Source: Vicugna vicugna
Taxonomy: Eukaryota
Direction of reading: 5' to 3'
Length of the DNA stretch: 64,000 bases
Assembly: GCA_013265495.1 (NCBI GenBank)
Contig: MU058213.1
Coordinates: 2,480,001-2,544,000, forward strand
Position 1 is the first letter of the stretch. Every line of letters starts with the position of its first letter. Below the pieces are notes generated by a model, which was given only the letters and a program-made list of their open reading frames with translations, had not been told where the DNA came from and made no database searches. Position numbers and translations under genes: made by a program. Shown piece by piece: positions 39,200-52,859 of the stretch.

Positions 39200-40505
39200 T
39201 CTCGCCCTTCTAAACACATGTATTGGGGTGTAACAGTACAATAAGACTGCACATGTTTAAAGCATACAGTCTGATTAGTTTTGACATATGCATCCAACTA
39301 TGAAACCATCACCACAGTCAAAACAATGAGGACATCCATAACCCCATTAAGTGTCTGTGTGCCTTTTGTAACCTACCCCAGGCAACCACTGGTCTGCTTT
39401 ATGATGCTACAAATTAGTTTGAAAATGTTATCTGTTTATATAAAGGAGTACTATATTATGCACATTCTTTTGTCTGACTTCTTTCACCCATTACAATTCT
39501 CTTGAGACTCATCCAGGTTGTTGTGGGTATCGATGCTTCATCTCTTTGTCTTTCCGAGGAATCTTTTACTATAGAGCTATACCATGAAACGTTTATCCAT
39601 TCATCTGTTAGGATTAGGGTTAAGGTTAGGGTCAACATTTGGATTTTTTTTGAGATTAGATTGCTGTGACTATTTCTTTACAAGTTCTTGCATACATACA
39701 TTCTTTTATTTCCTTTGGGTCATATAGTAGGGACTTGTTTAATATTTCTTAAAACTGTCAAACTGCTTTCCGAAGTATTTGTACATTGCCAACACTTAGT
39801 ACAATTAAACTTTTATTTTTAGCTATTAAAATAGGTGTATAGTGAAATGTCATTGTGGCTTTAATTTGCTCTTTGCTAAATACTGATACTGCCCCTCTTT
39901 TCATGTGCTTATTTGTGATCTGTGTATCTTCTTTGGTGAAATGTCTGCTCAGATCTTTTTGCCTTTTCCAAATTGGGATGTTTATCTTCTAATTAAGGAG
40001 TTGTAATTATTCTTTTTTAAAAAATACATGAAGTCCTTATTAACTAGGATGTTAAATATACTAAATACAGGTCTATGTCATATATAAATGTTATAATATT
40101 TTCTCCTAGTTTTTGACTTTCTTTTCCATTTTTTATTAGTTTCTTTTGGAGAGCTTTTTAAAATTTTGATGGAGTAGTCCAATTTGTTGATTGTTTTCTT
40201 TTATAATTTGGGCCTTTTGTGCTCTGTTTAAGCAATCTTTACAACACTCACAGTCAAGTTGCAGCACTAGTTTTCTTAGGGTTGTCTGATGCTGAAATCT
40301 GTGATTCCTTAAGTTATTTTTTGTGTATAGTGTGATACAGAGTTTAAGATCATTTGGGATTTTTTCATATGTTTATCTAATCTTTCCACATCTATTTGTT
40401 AGGAAAATTATCCTATGCTCATTGAATTGCTTTGGCAACTTTGTCAAAAATCACTTAATTATATGTGTGAGTCTAATGTATACTCTGTTCTATTGATCCA
40501 TGTAT
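39200..40505 (-). mobile_element. Old L1 (L1M-type) 3' region
   Basis: Degenerate L1 3'UTR/ORF2 motifs (tgaaaccatcaccacagtcaa; ttcatgtgcttatttg; gcaactttgtcaaaaatca). Confidence 0.75.
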
Positions 40506-40509
40506 CTAT

Positions 40510-42160
40510 CAGTCTAGTAGTGACGAACTTCTTTGGCTTTTGTCTGGAAAACTCTGTCTCTCCTTCAGTTCTGAAGGACAGCTTTGCTGAGTAGAGTGTT
40601 CTTGGTTGGCAGTTCTTTTTCTTTCAGCATTTCAGAAAATCATCCCACTCCCTCCTGCCTTGCAAAGTTTCTGCTAAAAAATTCACTGATAGTCTTATGG
40701 AGATGCCCTTCTACGTAACAGAATGCTTTTGTCTTGCTGCTTTTGAGATTCTCTTTGTCTTTTATATTTTCTTTTTTTTTTTGAAATTCTCATTCTGTGC
40801 ATGCATTCTCTCTGACCTCAGTGAGCATCTTTATGACCATTATTTTGAACTCTCTATTAGGTAAATCACTTACCTGTATTTCAATTAAGATCAGTTTCTG
40901 TTGATTTATCTTGTTCTTTTGTTTAGAACATATTCCCTTATTTTTTTCATTTCCCTTGACTCTTTGTGTTGGTTTCTACACATTAGATAAAACAACCACC
41001 TTTTCAGGTCTTGGCAGATTGTCTCATCAGTTAGCCCACACTGTGCTCCTGGTTGTCTCTCAAACCTTTATGGTTGTCCAAGCTGCTGTCTTTGTTGTTA
41101 GTGGTTCCCGTAGTTGAGGATGTGCCATGACAAGTCACTATCCCAAGAGGACAGCAATCAGCACCTAGATGCCGGCTAATTAGAAGAAGTATCCTCGGAC
41201 AATGGCTGGGAAAGTATGAAGTTAAGCCCCTTCCAAGGAGAAATTTGAAGATGGGCATTTTTGCCTGCTTCCTTGCAATGAGCCCAAATGTACAGCCACA
41301 AGGGTGTGGGAAGGCCAGAGAGTACTCCTGCACCTGGTGAAAGCTGCTTCTTGGTTTGCAGTAGTCATGTGGGACTTGGGAATGCAAGCCCCACTGGCTG
41401 TCACAGCTAAGTGATTTGGGGACTCATCGCTCTGATCGCAGCCATGAAAGTTGTGGCACTAAATATGTGGACAAGTTCCTTTCAGGGAGATACTGACAAT
41501 TTAGTTTTACTGTTGGGTCACGCCAGAGGGAGGATGCAGGGGAAGTGCACACCAGCTGCCCTGGGCTCTGAGAACTTCAGCCAGCTTCTAGACGGATGCT
41601 GAATTAGAAGCCAGACGCTCGAGTGTCAGCTTATAAAGTATGCAGGACAAATCCCTGCTGGACAAGACTGAAAGATGGGCCTTGTCACTTGCTCTTTCTG
41701 GGCTGGGAGGACAGCTGCAGGGAGTGATGTGCCCCTGTTAACAACTGCTTCTTTATTTGCTACAGTCCTGTGAGACTGTGGACAGAAGCCCGTGGACAGA
41801 AGCCCTGTTGGCTTTCAGAGCAGGATTTTTCAGAGTCTCATCCCTCAGGTTGGTGGGGGTCCTTAAAAGTTGGGACACTAGGTTTGCATTCCAAATGCTT
41901 TGCTCCTCAGGGAGAATCTGGGAATTGGGGATCCCCCCCAGTTGTATGGTGCTGTGCCCGAGGCGGGGTTTATGGCAAGACTGTGTATCAGTCTTTCCTA
42001 CCCATTTTGGTGTGGGTGTTTTCTCATTCACCCATGTGTAGGGGGTCACTCAGTGAGGTTCTGAAATTCTCTCAGGAGGAATTGCTCTCTGTACAGTTGT
42101 ATATTCAGTGCATCTGTGAGTGGAGGGAAGTTCAGAAGCCTCTTAATGTCGCCATCTTGG
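40510..42160 (-). mobile_element. L1 5'UTR and ORF1 fragment
   Basis: ORF1-like antisense sequence (ctgaaggacagctttgctgagtagag) and an L1 5' start gccatcttgg (CCAAGATGGC on minus) at 42151-42160. Homologous to 11790-12140. Confidence 0.75.
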
Positions 42161-44368
42161 TCATTATCAAACCTACTTATTCCTGATTGAGCTTTGTTGT
42201 TTCGGTCTTTTAAGGGATTTTTTTTTTTTTCACTTAATCTAACTGGTCACAGTTGCTGTCATAATAGTTGCTCATGACACTTTCCTGTTACCCTTTTAAT
42301 GTCTATAAAAAATGAAGTCATTTCCCTTTTCTCATCCTTAATATTGATATTTTGTATCTTCTCTCTTTTTCCTTGTCTAATTGACTAGACATTGATGAAT
42401 TTTATTAGTCTTCTGAAAAATAAGAAGCAGATGTTGGTTTCATTAAATATTGATATTATTTTTTGGTTTTAAAGTAAATTGGTTTCTTCTCTATTCTTCA
42501 TCATTTTCTTTATTTTCTAAGTATAGATAACTGTTAAGTGGCTACAGAAATAATCCAGTGAGAAGATATAAGGTCTTTGTATAAGATGATGGAGAGCTGG
42601 AATCAGATTTGAGAAATACTAAGGAGATAAACTAAGAGATCTTTTTACTGACTGCATTGAGTAGATTGTTAAGAAATAAGATAGACAATGAATATGCTGT
42701 ATTTGTGGGGACACCATTAATTGAGATAATAAATTCAGGAGGAAGTATCAATTTAAGGATGTACATAGTTTTAAAAAATGACATAATTGTATCTGGATAT
42801 ATAGAGATTTGGCCGTCTGTGTGACTTCCATGAATTATAGGCAGTAGGTAATTGTATACATAGATGTGAAAGACTTTTAAACTTACAACGGGTGAAGTGT
42901 ATAATGTAGAGGAGTTTTACTATGTATGCTTGAAAGTAAGAAATCTTACTCTTTTAAAATATTCATATAATTTTACTCTCAGATTATTTAAATTAATGTG
43001 ACTTAACACCACTTTGTTTCTGTAATGGTGACCAAAATATAAAAAGAAATACATTTCATCCATTCTATGGTCCTGTGTATTTGCATGGATTTTATTATTG
43101 TCTATAATTTCTTTTAGCATCTTTCCAAAGTATACATATAATGAAGGCTCAGTTTATTTTCTCTCTGCACGAAGAGCATATGTCAGAGAGGATCTAATGT
43201 GTTCAGTAGAAAATGGACCAATTTTCAAAAATATGCTATTTCATTTGCAAACATTAGGTTTGCTGCTTTTATTTTGTCAAGGCTGTGGGATGAGCCATAA
43301 CATTATTTTCAAGTTTTATGCTTTAAAAGATAGCATATTTCATTTGCTGCAGTGAGAAGATTGGGTTTAAGATTCTTTCATCGGGGATTTACATCTGGTC
43401 CTTTCTGTTTTGGATCTAATGCTCTTCAAAGCATTGAGGCTGTCTTTGCTTGCACTGTGGCTTCCCAAAATAATTTTTCTATTTAAAAATTGTTACAAAC
43501 CTGTTCATTATTCTAAAGAGTAGAGAGATCCACAGTGCAACTATATATCCATCACTCGAACTCAACATTGACTAAGATTTTGTCATGTTTTCTTGACCTA
43601 TACATTGAACTTTTCTATTCTTTTTTTTTCTTGCTGAATTATTTTAAACAAATCTCAGACGTTATATCATTTCATCCCTAAAAATTGTGGTTATTTTCTT
43701 GCCTATTGCAATGTCATTATCACAGCCAATAACATTAAAAGTAACCTGTTGGTATCGTGTACCCCTGTTCCATAATCAAATGCTGCTGTTTTTCTTTAAA
43801 ATGCCTTTTTACATTTGGTTTGTTTTAGTTGAGATCCTGATGAGGTCCACATAATGTGTCCTGTTTCTTTCATTCTAATTCATCTCCCTTCATTTTTCTT
43901 TTATCTGTGCCTCTGACTTCTTAAACAAACCACATTCATTGTCCTTTAGAATGCACCACTTTCTGGATCGTTCGGTGCATCTCTTTGTTATATTTAACTT
44001 CTCCTCCATATTCTGTGCACCGCATAATTGAACATAAGCTCTAAAGGCCACTTTGAGATTCCTTTCATTTTTTTAAGCCTACCCCACAGGTGACTCTGCA
44101 TACCTCATACTCCATCACATCAGGGGTCACATCACATCTAGTCGTTACCCCTGTGGTGATGTTCGGACAGCCTGATCCCTTCATTTCAAAGTTTCTATTG
44201 ACCTCTCCTCTAATGCTTTCATTTGTTTATAATTATTTCAGAAGAACTTATTCCATTAGGAATGGTGGATTGTGATTTTATAATGTTGGGTCTTCAACAT
44301 TTATTTAGTTAGAACTTTTCTGTAAAGAAGAACTTGCCTTCATCACATAGGGGCGCTTACCAGCTCAC

Positions 44369-44881
44369 TGTTGATGAGAATCAGCAATAAACAGTCTATA
44401 ATAGGAACAGAAAAGAGTTTTATTTGAACCAAACTGAGGACTGTAGCCCAGAAGACAGCCTCTCAGATAGCTCTGAGGAACTGCTTCAGACATCCATGTT
44501 TTTCAGCACAGTTTTATATCTTGTCAGAACAAAGAACATGAAACAAGTCAGGATACGTTCCTTCGATGTTTCAAAAGAACAGATCAGCACCTAAACAGCG
44601 AGTCAGTGTGGCCTTGGCTGGGAAGGGAGTCTTATCAACCAAGAAGTCTTATCAACAGGCGTTGAAGTCCCAGGAAGGGAGGCATTTAATCTTTACTTTC
44701 AACAAGGACATTCTTTACTTCTGGTCAATGCACCTGTTTCTTTAATAATTAAAGCAGATGCACAATGTACATTTAGTAGGCCACAAACAGACTTGTTTTA
44801 ATTAACATAAAATTCAAGTTAATTCATCTATAAGCCAGAATGACTTCCCCATACCTCGATACATGAAAATTTCTTTCATCA
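44369..44881 (-). mobile_element. ERV1-like solo LTR (~513 bp)
   Basis: TG...CA termini, 4-bp flanks TCAC/TTAC (one mismatch), minus-strand AATAAA at ~44420. Confidence 0.75.
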
Positions 44882-46339
44882 TTACCCTGAAATAGAATAA
44901 GTATAGGAATGATTGGGCAAATACTCAATTCATTTTTTAATGTAAAGACTTTTGTTTCATTCTTTTGTTTTTAGCTCCATTTACTTTCATCATTTTTCAT
45001 TATCATTCTCATTAAAATAAAACAAATATGTATTAAATATTTGACATGCACCAGCTACTATACAAAGTTGGGGCCACAGAGATTTCACTGGGAAACAGAT
45101 ACACAAGATCAAACCTGGGTCTAAAAGTGGTTAATCACTGAGCCTGCCTCATTCACAAGTCAGTCTGAGATTAAATCCCTCCCCTCCGTCCCTTGTGGAG
45201 GTATAACCTATTGAGAAAAACTAGATTTGCTCTCTGGAATTAGACTGAGAAATCCAGAGAATGAGATGGTTGACAAGAATAGATGTTGAAAGTTTCTAAA
45301 TTTGGAGATGGCTATAGTAAGTGATCCAAAACTAAGAGTAAATCAAAATGATGTATAAATAGAAGCCAGGAGATAAACAGGGTTGAAGGAGAAGAAGGCA
45401 GTTATCAGTAAAAGAAGGGGGAGGATGCTTGCACAGAAAGCTGGAAGTGGTGAACGTAGCAGAGTCGTGGTAGCAAAGGACTTCTTGACTGAGGATCCTG
45501 TGGGCACTCCTCAAACTGCCTTCAGCTCTGAAAGAGCTTGTTTGTGGTTCCAGGAGGCGTAGCTACAGATCATCGCCCCATCTATTAAACAGAGTTCAGC
45601 TTTCTTTGGGTTCTAGTATAGTAAGGCCGTGCAGTTTGGTCTTGTTTCTCCATTGTGCAAAGTATTCTTACAGAAATTACCTTTTGGTTATTTTGAGTTA
45701 CTTGATTCTGTGATCCATATAACCAAAGTAGAATAGCTAACCTGGTGGTATTATGTTACACGGAGCAACACATGTATTCCACTATAGTTGCAGTTAGGTT
45801 GGGGCTGAAGTGTAAAGGAATGCTTCAGTTTGAATTGTTAAGATGGAAGCAAATACTGTATTTCCCATGAGCAGTCAGTTTCCCATGAGTCAGTCAGAGC
45901 TAGGGTTTATAGTGGGAAGAATGGATAACCAGAAAATCCAAAAAGCTGGGCTAAAACTACTTGACTAAAAAGCACCCAAAAAAGTCATTTTGAAAATTTT
46001 CACTAATATTAATTATAGCCATCTTGAATTTAAAGTATGTAAGGTGTTTTTCTGCAAATTCCACAAATGATACATTGTCTGGAAAGGATAAGAATATTTT
46101 TTAAGAGCACAAGGATACTGTTATAAGATTGCTTGCTAAGAATTGTATTAATTCAGTCACTCTGAAGATTTAAATTTTTTACCTCCTTGACTGCACATAA
46201 TAGAGGAAAGAAAGGTACATCTTAGATTTTCAGCATTTGTTATGCTTGCCAGATGGTTTATGCACAACTAGATACCTACATGTTATAAATATTATCATCA
46301 TCATATAGGGAACTATGGAAAATTAACTGCAGCCAAGCA

Positions 46340-46510
46340 ATGTACTAAGTATTTTTACAGTTTGATGTTTGAATCCTAAATGTAGTTATAATGGAATAAG
46401 TACTGTTATTATCCCCAAGTTGCAGATAGTGAAACTGAAGCACAGAGGGTCTAAATAAATTTCCCAAGATCACACACTTAAGTAAGTGGCAGAATCAGAA
46501 TTCAAGCAAC
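46340..46510 (-). mobile_element. MIR SINE
   Basis: gttattatcccc...cagatagtgaaactgaagcacagaggg...cccaagatcacac...ggcagaatcagaattcaa. Confidence 0.75.
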
Positions 46511-47095
46511 CCCCTGAACTAACAAAAGGGTTCATTGTAGGGGAAAGGTTGGGTAATAAAATGATCGGCAATTAATCCTTCAGCTCAACCCAAACAGTTC
46601 TGATGTCTCAGTGATTAGCCTGGATCTGGTCCTGATAAACTTAAAACAGTAGGTACTCACCAGAATTTAAAGTATAAGATATGCCATAGAATGGAACCAG
46701 TTGTAGTTATATATAAACCAGTAGACAAACTGTGTGCAATTTGTAATTTATTGTAGGATAAAATGTTAATATGTAGTGTGTACTCACTGGCACCCTCAGG
46801 AGAACCACAAAAGAATTTTTTTTTTCCAGAATTCACTGTTTTAAAAACTTTGCTTCCCAAGCAATTGTGATACAAAAAATGGTCAGTTTTCCCATGTGGA
46901 TTAAGTGCAAGAAGTGTCAGAACCGAGGCCCACGTTGAAATAACTCTATAGACTCTAACTCCATACATTTCTCCATTTCTATGTCTAATCTCATTTTATT
47001 TTTATACCCTCATTTTCGTTTTGGTTTTTTTTTTAAAACACATTTTCTCCGTGGAGGCCCTCTGTGTCCTCTGGCTGAATTTTGAACTCGTTATT

Positions 47096-47849
47096 TGTCG
47101 GAGCCAGCCGACAATCGATCAGGTCCAGAAACCTGTGCTACAGGACTGAGAAAAGAAAAGACGTAACAAAGAGACAACAAGACAAGAAAAGTTGGGGTTG
47201 AGAGGGTCTCACTCTAGCCCGCAAGACGCTAGGTCAAGAGTGGACGACGAGTTTATTTCTTGCAGTTAATTTATATGATTTTAACCCTTTAGCTTATACA
47301 TTCCTGCCTGTAGGCAAAGGTATTGTTTTAAGGCACATTAACAACGTGTACTAAAACCATTAACTTGTATATTGTTACAGACATCATTATTGTTTACAGT
47401 TCTTGTAAAACTAAGATTAAGAGTTCCTGGAACCAAGATGATAAGCTAAGACATTGTTCCTCTAGGCTAACATCGTGACTCGTGTATATTTAACTCAGGT
47501 GATTGTTCTCTAAAAAGATTACTGATTTGTGTGCCGATTGTATCTCTCCCTCTGAAGGTCCTTTGTGACTTAGTAGCTCAAGGATATTTCCTCAGGCATT
47601 AGCGCACCTGGTGCATTCTTTAGTAAAAGGGGTGGCGGGACAGAGATTGTTCTGACTCAATTGACCTTTGAGCCGGGCGCCCCGCACTGTGGGAGTTTAG
47701 GCCATTTGAGCCGGCGCCCCGCACTGTGGGAGTTTAGGCCCAACCTTTGTGTTCGGCAGCCTCAATCTCAGAGCCTGGCGCCCTGCACTTTGGGGTTTTA
47801 CGCCCAAGTTTTGTGCTCGGCAGCCCTCCGTCACGAGCGGCTCCCCGCA
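47096..47849 (-). mobile_element. Young ERV2 (betaretrovirus-like) solo LTR, 754 bp
   Basis: TG...CA termini; perfect 6-bp TSD GTTATT (47090-47095, 47850-47855); minus strand starts TGCGGGGAGCCG; TATAAA (47275-47270) and AATAAA (47257-47252) on minus; many CpGs retained. Confidence 0.9.
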
Positions 47850-50164
47850 GTTATTCTCTCAGTGGGTTGCAGAGCTGTTCTTTGGAGATAGTGATTGCTA
47901 CCATTGGTTAGACTGTTTCACTCATTTAGCCTATGTTGATCACTGGGCAATATGCTACAAATTGGAGACCAGCAATAAATAAGATAGAAAAAAGTTCTAT
48001 ATTACTTTTGCGGGGAGGGGAGAGGACTTAGATAGTAAGGCGCCTAAACAAACAGATAATAAAATGTTTCAGGTATTGCTAAGTGCAATGGAGAAGGTAA
48101 AGCAAGACAGTATGGAAAACAATGACTTGGCAGAGGTGAGGGTGGGGGTGAATGTGTCAATTTCACTGGCTGGGAAAGGACTCTTGGAGAAAGTGACATT
48201 GGCATTGAAGCGGGAATGATGAGAGGAAGGCAGACAAAAACAGCTTTGGGACCTATAACCCGGAGAATCAGTAGCAAATATGAAGTTTCAGGTGTGAAGC
48301 CTGGTATGTTGGAGTAGCAGAAAGAAAGGCCATGTGGCTGGAGCTTAATCAGTGGGAGGAACAGTAGGAAGAATTGAAGCCATAAAAGTGGCTCCTTTAT
48401 GTATTGGATGGTGCTGCAGACTCCCAGAGTTGACAGGGCAAACAGGCTGCAACACTTCGCATTCATGTCCATATTTCAGTTGCTGTCACCTGCTATGTGG
48501 CCGATATTTCCTCAGGTTAGAGAGAATGAGTAGCAGAAATATGGGTAGTCAGGTTTTTTTTTTACATTATTATTATTATTATTAAGCAAAAATAATTTTA
48601 TAAAACACTTAATGGAATTTCTACTATCAAACTCCAAGTTCTACCTCCAAGTTCTCTCCATTTTCCTTTACCCTTAAAATTTAAGACTTAACTGAAGCAT
48701 TACCTCTTCCAGCGAGTCTCCCCTAGTGCATCCAGGGTTTCTAAGTACCATATTACTGATCATCCATTAGTTACCTTCTGTCATTGCATTTATAAAATGG
48801 TACTATGAGTATATGCCTATAGACCCGTTTCTTCCACTTTTCTAGGAAGTTTTTGAAGGAAAAGACCACATCTTTTCATCTTTGAATCTTTACCACCTTA
48901 ACATAGTGTCTGATAAAGAGATGATGTTCAGTTCATGTCTTTTGAGTGAGTAATACTTGCCAGTTCTATACTTGTCCTGCCTCAGCCTGTCTCTGGCCAA
49001 TTACAGATCTTTCTCAGTGATACTCCCTTCTCCCAGCCTAACATGTAATTGAGGCAGAACAATAGATGATTACTTTGGTATAGTAAAATCCCATCCAAGC
49101 TTGTGATCGTAAACGACCTGCTGCAAGCCTATTGTGGGGAACTCTCTCTGAGCAAAAGTTTGAGATTATAACTTTATTGACACCAGACAGGAATGATCAC
49201 GTACTTCATGTGCTTTTTCACTGAACACAGACAGAAGAGGGTGCGGAACCACAGTGAAAGGATTTAAGGGAATTAGTTCTGAGCAATCTCTGTGACCATG
49301 TGTCTTCCTGGAGATCCATTCATAATTAGATGGTACACATGAGAAATAGCTTGGACATAGGTCCTTCCACTGCTGCTCACGCAGGCAAGATGTTTCGTGG
49401 GGATCACCATTCAGGCATTAATTTTTCTACTTTTAAGACAAATCTCACTTTATTATATTTATTTTGTAAGTTATCTTAATATTTTTGAATGAGATGGATA
49501 CTTAATAACTAAAGATAAAGAAAAAGGACTGTGTTTTATGTATGCAAAGATAAATGTGACTTGAGTGGCTTAGCAATTTAGCATTTTTGAATGAGACAGA
49601 CTGAGCCATGAGGCTTAAAAACATTTTACAATATCTTTCAGACTATTTTCCACTTTTAAAAAACTTGGAGGTAAAACTGAACACATAGGACCATTATCAG
49701 GATTTGAGGAGATAATGTTTATAAAGCACCTAGCCCACTGCATGGCATTGCCTAGGTGCTCTGCAGAGGTCAGTTCCCATCTCTCTTCCACTGCCTCACA
49801 CTCACCACGTGAATGTGAGGACTTGCTTTCCCCAGGTCTCTAGCCTGTATGTGCTGGAGTAGCTTGAGAAACAGTGATCTGCACTCAGTAAATTCCACTT
49901 ACTGTTCCCCCTACCCAGGCAAGGTACCCAGTCTTTTTTCAGCTGTTTCTGGCCATCTCCACCTCTTTTGCCACTTCCAGGTGACATTTTCACTGTCTTA
50001 CAAAATGCTGATTTTAATAGTTAACCTAGATCCATCCCCAATTTTAGTTTTCAGATTTAAATTAAATATATATTTAAAGATACAAGTTCATTAAAATAAT
50101 GCTTTAAGTTGTAGGTGTGAGTAAAGAGAAAATGAAAGTATAAAAGGATGACTGGGTTTATTTC

Positions 50165-50306
50165 ACTTTATGTTTGTGGGAGGAGGTAATTAAGTATGTA
50201 TGTATGTATATATTTATGTATTTATTAAATGGAGGTACTGGGGACTGAACCCGGGACCTTGTGCGTACGGAGCATGCACTCCACCATTGAGCTATACCTT
50301 CCTCCC
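50165..50306 (-). mobile_element. tRNA-derived camelid SINE (vic-1-like)
   Basis: Reverse complement gggaggaaggtatagctcaatggtggagtgcatgctccgtacgcacaaggtcccgggttcagtccccagtacctcc, followed by ataaatac repeats and ttaattacctcc. Confidence 0.85.
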
Positions 50307-51619
50307 TAAAAAGGTGATTGAGTTTAAATGGCATGAGGAATCCACTTGTTTCTTGGTACAAGAGAACTTAAATACAAAGGAAAAATGATCGCCACAGGAA
50401 ATACTCAATAGATGAGTTCACACTCCAAATGCTTAAGGTGACTTTCACCCTTAATGCAATAATACGGTATGTTTTAGTTTCCCTTTAATACAGCTTTAAC
50501 TTGTAATGCTAGTTTGTATAATTTACTAGTTGAGTCCTGCTTAATAAAGTTCATTTTTTCGGCTTGCCTCTCCATGGTAATGGCAGTTAATTGCACTAAG
50601 GCATGTCAAGTACTCTTAAATGGAGAACACATTAACAAAAGCTGATTTTAAAAAATAATAATATTTAAAAAGCAGAGCAAATGAAATATCTCTTGACTTC
50701 TTGCTATGACAATGAAGCTTCACTTGCATACATGATGCTTAGTATACAGGACCATTGCTTACTCATTTGTAACATTGAACACAGTCTTCTTCCAAGACAA
50801 ACTCTGCATATCAGAATAATACTTCACATTTAATGGATTCTGATTTTATCTGTTGTGACTAATGAATCAGTATTATCAGATTTGTCAGTGGAAGATTGTT
50901 TGCCTTATTTTACTAAGAGATTTGCAAGATAATAAATTCGGTTATTAAGTTGTTGTGTCTCACAGGATTCAAGGTTTAAAACATTTATGCTTTGTATTAA
51001 TTGCTGCAAATTAAAAATGGGAGACATTCAAATAATGTTGGAATGGATCAGTTATTTCATTAAACCTCCTTTTATAAATGATAGACTATGTTACGCTGTA
51101 ACTGCTGAGACAGTGAAGTTGTAGAGCTTCACACTCCAGAATTTAATTTGTGTACAACACAACCTCACAAATTCAAACTAGGATGAAGAGGGCCAATTTT
51201 GTTTTTAAAATATGAATAATGAAGTGTGAGTAATTAATGCACCATATATTAGACGTGTACTTGTTTTAACTTTTAAGCATATATAGTAATTCCAATGAGG
51301 TAAGGAAATGTCATGGAAAGTTAGAACCTCTTTTTGTCCTGCTTGTACCTTAATTTGTAATTAATTTGTAATTAATTATGGTACTGTATGAGTTGATATT
51401 TCTGAAGTTTGTGAAGCCAGTTTACTCCTGTGAGTATATAATAATTTCCCTCTGCAATCAAGTTTATTGCTATTAATTTTAGTAGCATTTACCTGAAGAT
51501 TGAAGCCTCACAAATACAAATCTCAACTTCCATTTATTTTCTGTGATTATTTTTTCACATTAAAAATCAGTGGAACCTAGTATTTTCTTGTATGTATCAC
51601 TTATAGTTAGAATTTCATT

Positions 51620-51880
51620 ATTATCAACAGCAAATATTTTACTGAGCGCTCACTGTGGGCCAGTGGCTTTACAAAGTATTTATATACGAAATCTCATTTA
51701 ATCTTCATAACAGCCCTAGAAAGTCCCACAGAGCACTGTTACTATCATTCCCATTTGACAGATGAGGAAATAGAGTTTTAAAGAGATTACTCAGTGTAAT
51801 CCACTGGGTATATTAGTTGAGTAGCAGAGGAGAAATCAAATCTCTATCTTTTGGATTACGTTGATGTTTAACCACTACAT
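51620..51880 (-). mobile_element. MIR SINE
   Basis: tttactgagcgctcactgtgggccag...ctcatttaatcttcataacagccct...cccatttgacagatgaggaaa. Confidence 0.8.
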
Positions 51881-52859
51881 TAAACTTCTGTGGATTGTGC
51901 ACAGGAAATGGCCAGAACTGTGTTAAATTTCAGAATATAAGCCTCTAGCAAATATGCAGATGGTGCAGACTTCTTAGCCAACCCAAAGAACAGGAAGAGA
52001 GATTCACCTGCGGACTGTGTTGGAAGAAAACACTCTCCCTCTTGAATCATGGTTTGATACTGAGGATGCGGCATGGATATAGCACATAAAATTTGGTGCC
52101 AGAGTGAGATTACATATTTGCCTTATCTGTAAAGGAAGTATGAACACAGGGCGAAAAGCACTCTTCTGGGAATATTACTATCTTGTGGCCCCTTAAAAAC
52201 TGGAAATTTAAAATCTAGCTAGTAGTTACTCAGAACTTGGTAACATCTGTTACGAGAAATACTAGGTGTTTCTCCTCCCACTCCCACAAATTCTGATTTG
52301 CTTCTTTTATTGGTTGTATTTTGCTCATAGGCATGAATTTTTCTCCCCATTTTCACTAGGTAGGAGTAAAGAAGTTGCTTCAGAAACTGTTAGCTTTGCA
52401 GATGGAGTGACCACATTATATCTTGGTTTCTGGAGTTGTTTAAATCACATGGAGAGGAACTATACACATGCATACATACATATATATACACACACACAAA
52501 CATACATGGATATACATACATATATACATACACATACATATTAACAGGACTGTGTAAGCACAATATTATTTGTTAGCGAAGAGAGGCTAGATGGAGAATT
52601 GTTTTCTAATGCTAGGCAAAACTGGTTAAAGAGAAAAAAATTCATATTTTTTCATCAGATTTGAACTGTAAAGCAAATGTCAGTGAAATTAGACTAAATT
52701 TTGGGGCAACAGTAAAATTATGGAACTTGTGCAGTACAAAAGCATCAGTGCCATCACTCACTATTAAGTGAGCTATGGTTCAGTTTATAGTCAATGTATA
52801 TTTTTCTTTAGCCTTATCCTTCCCAGCTAATTAATCACTACTAATTCTGCCTCGAGTAC

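Noticed and set aside
45861..45897. Direct repeat tttcccatgag(t)cagtcag x2 (similar small duplications near 6577, 30868, 44628 and 48632)
   Set aside because: Ordinary local slippage duplications with no spacer-array structure; not CRISPR-like.
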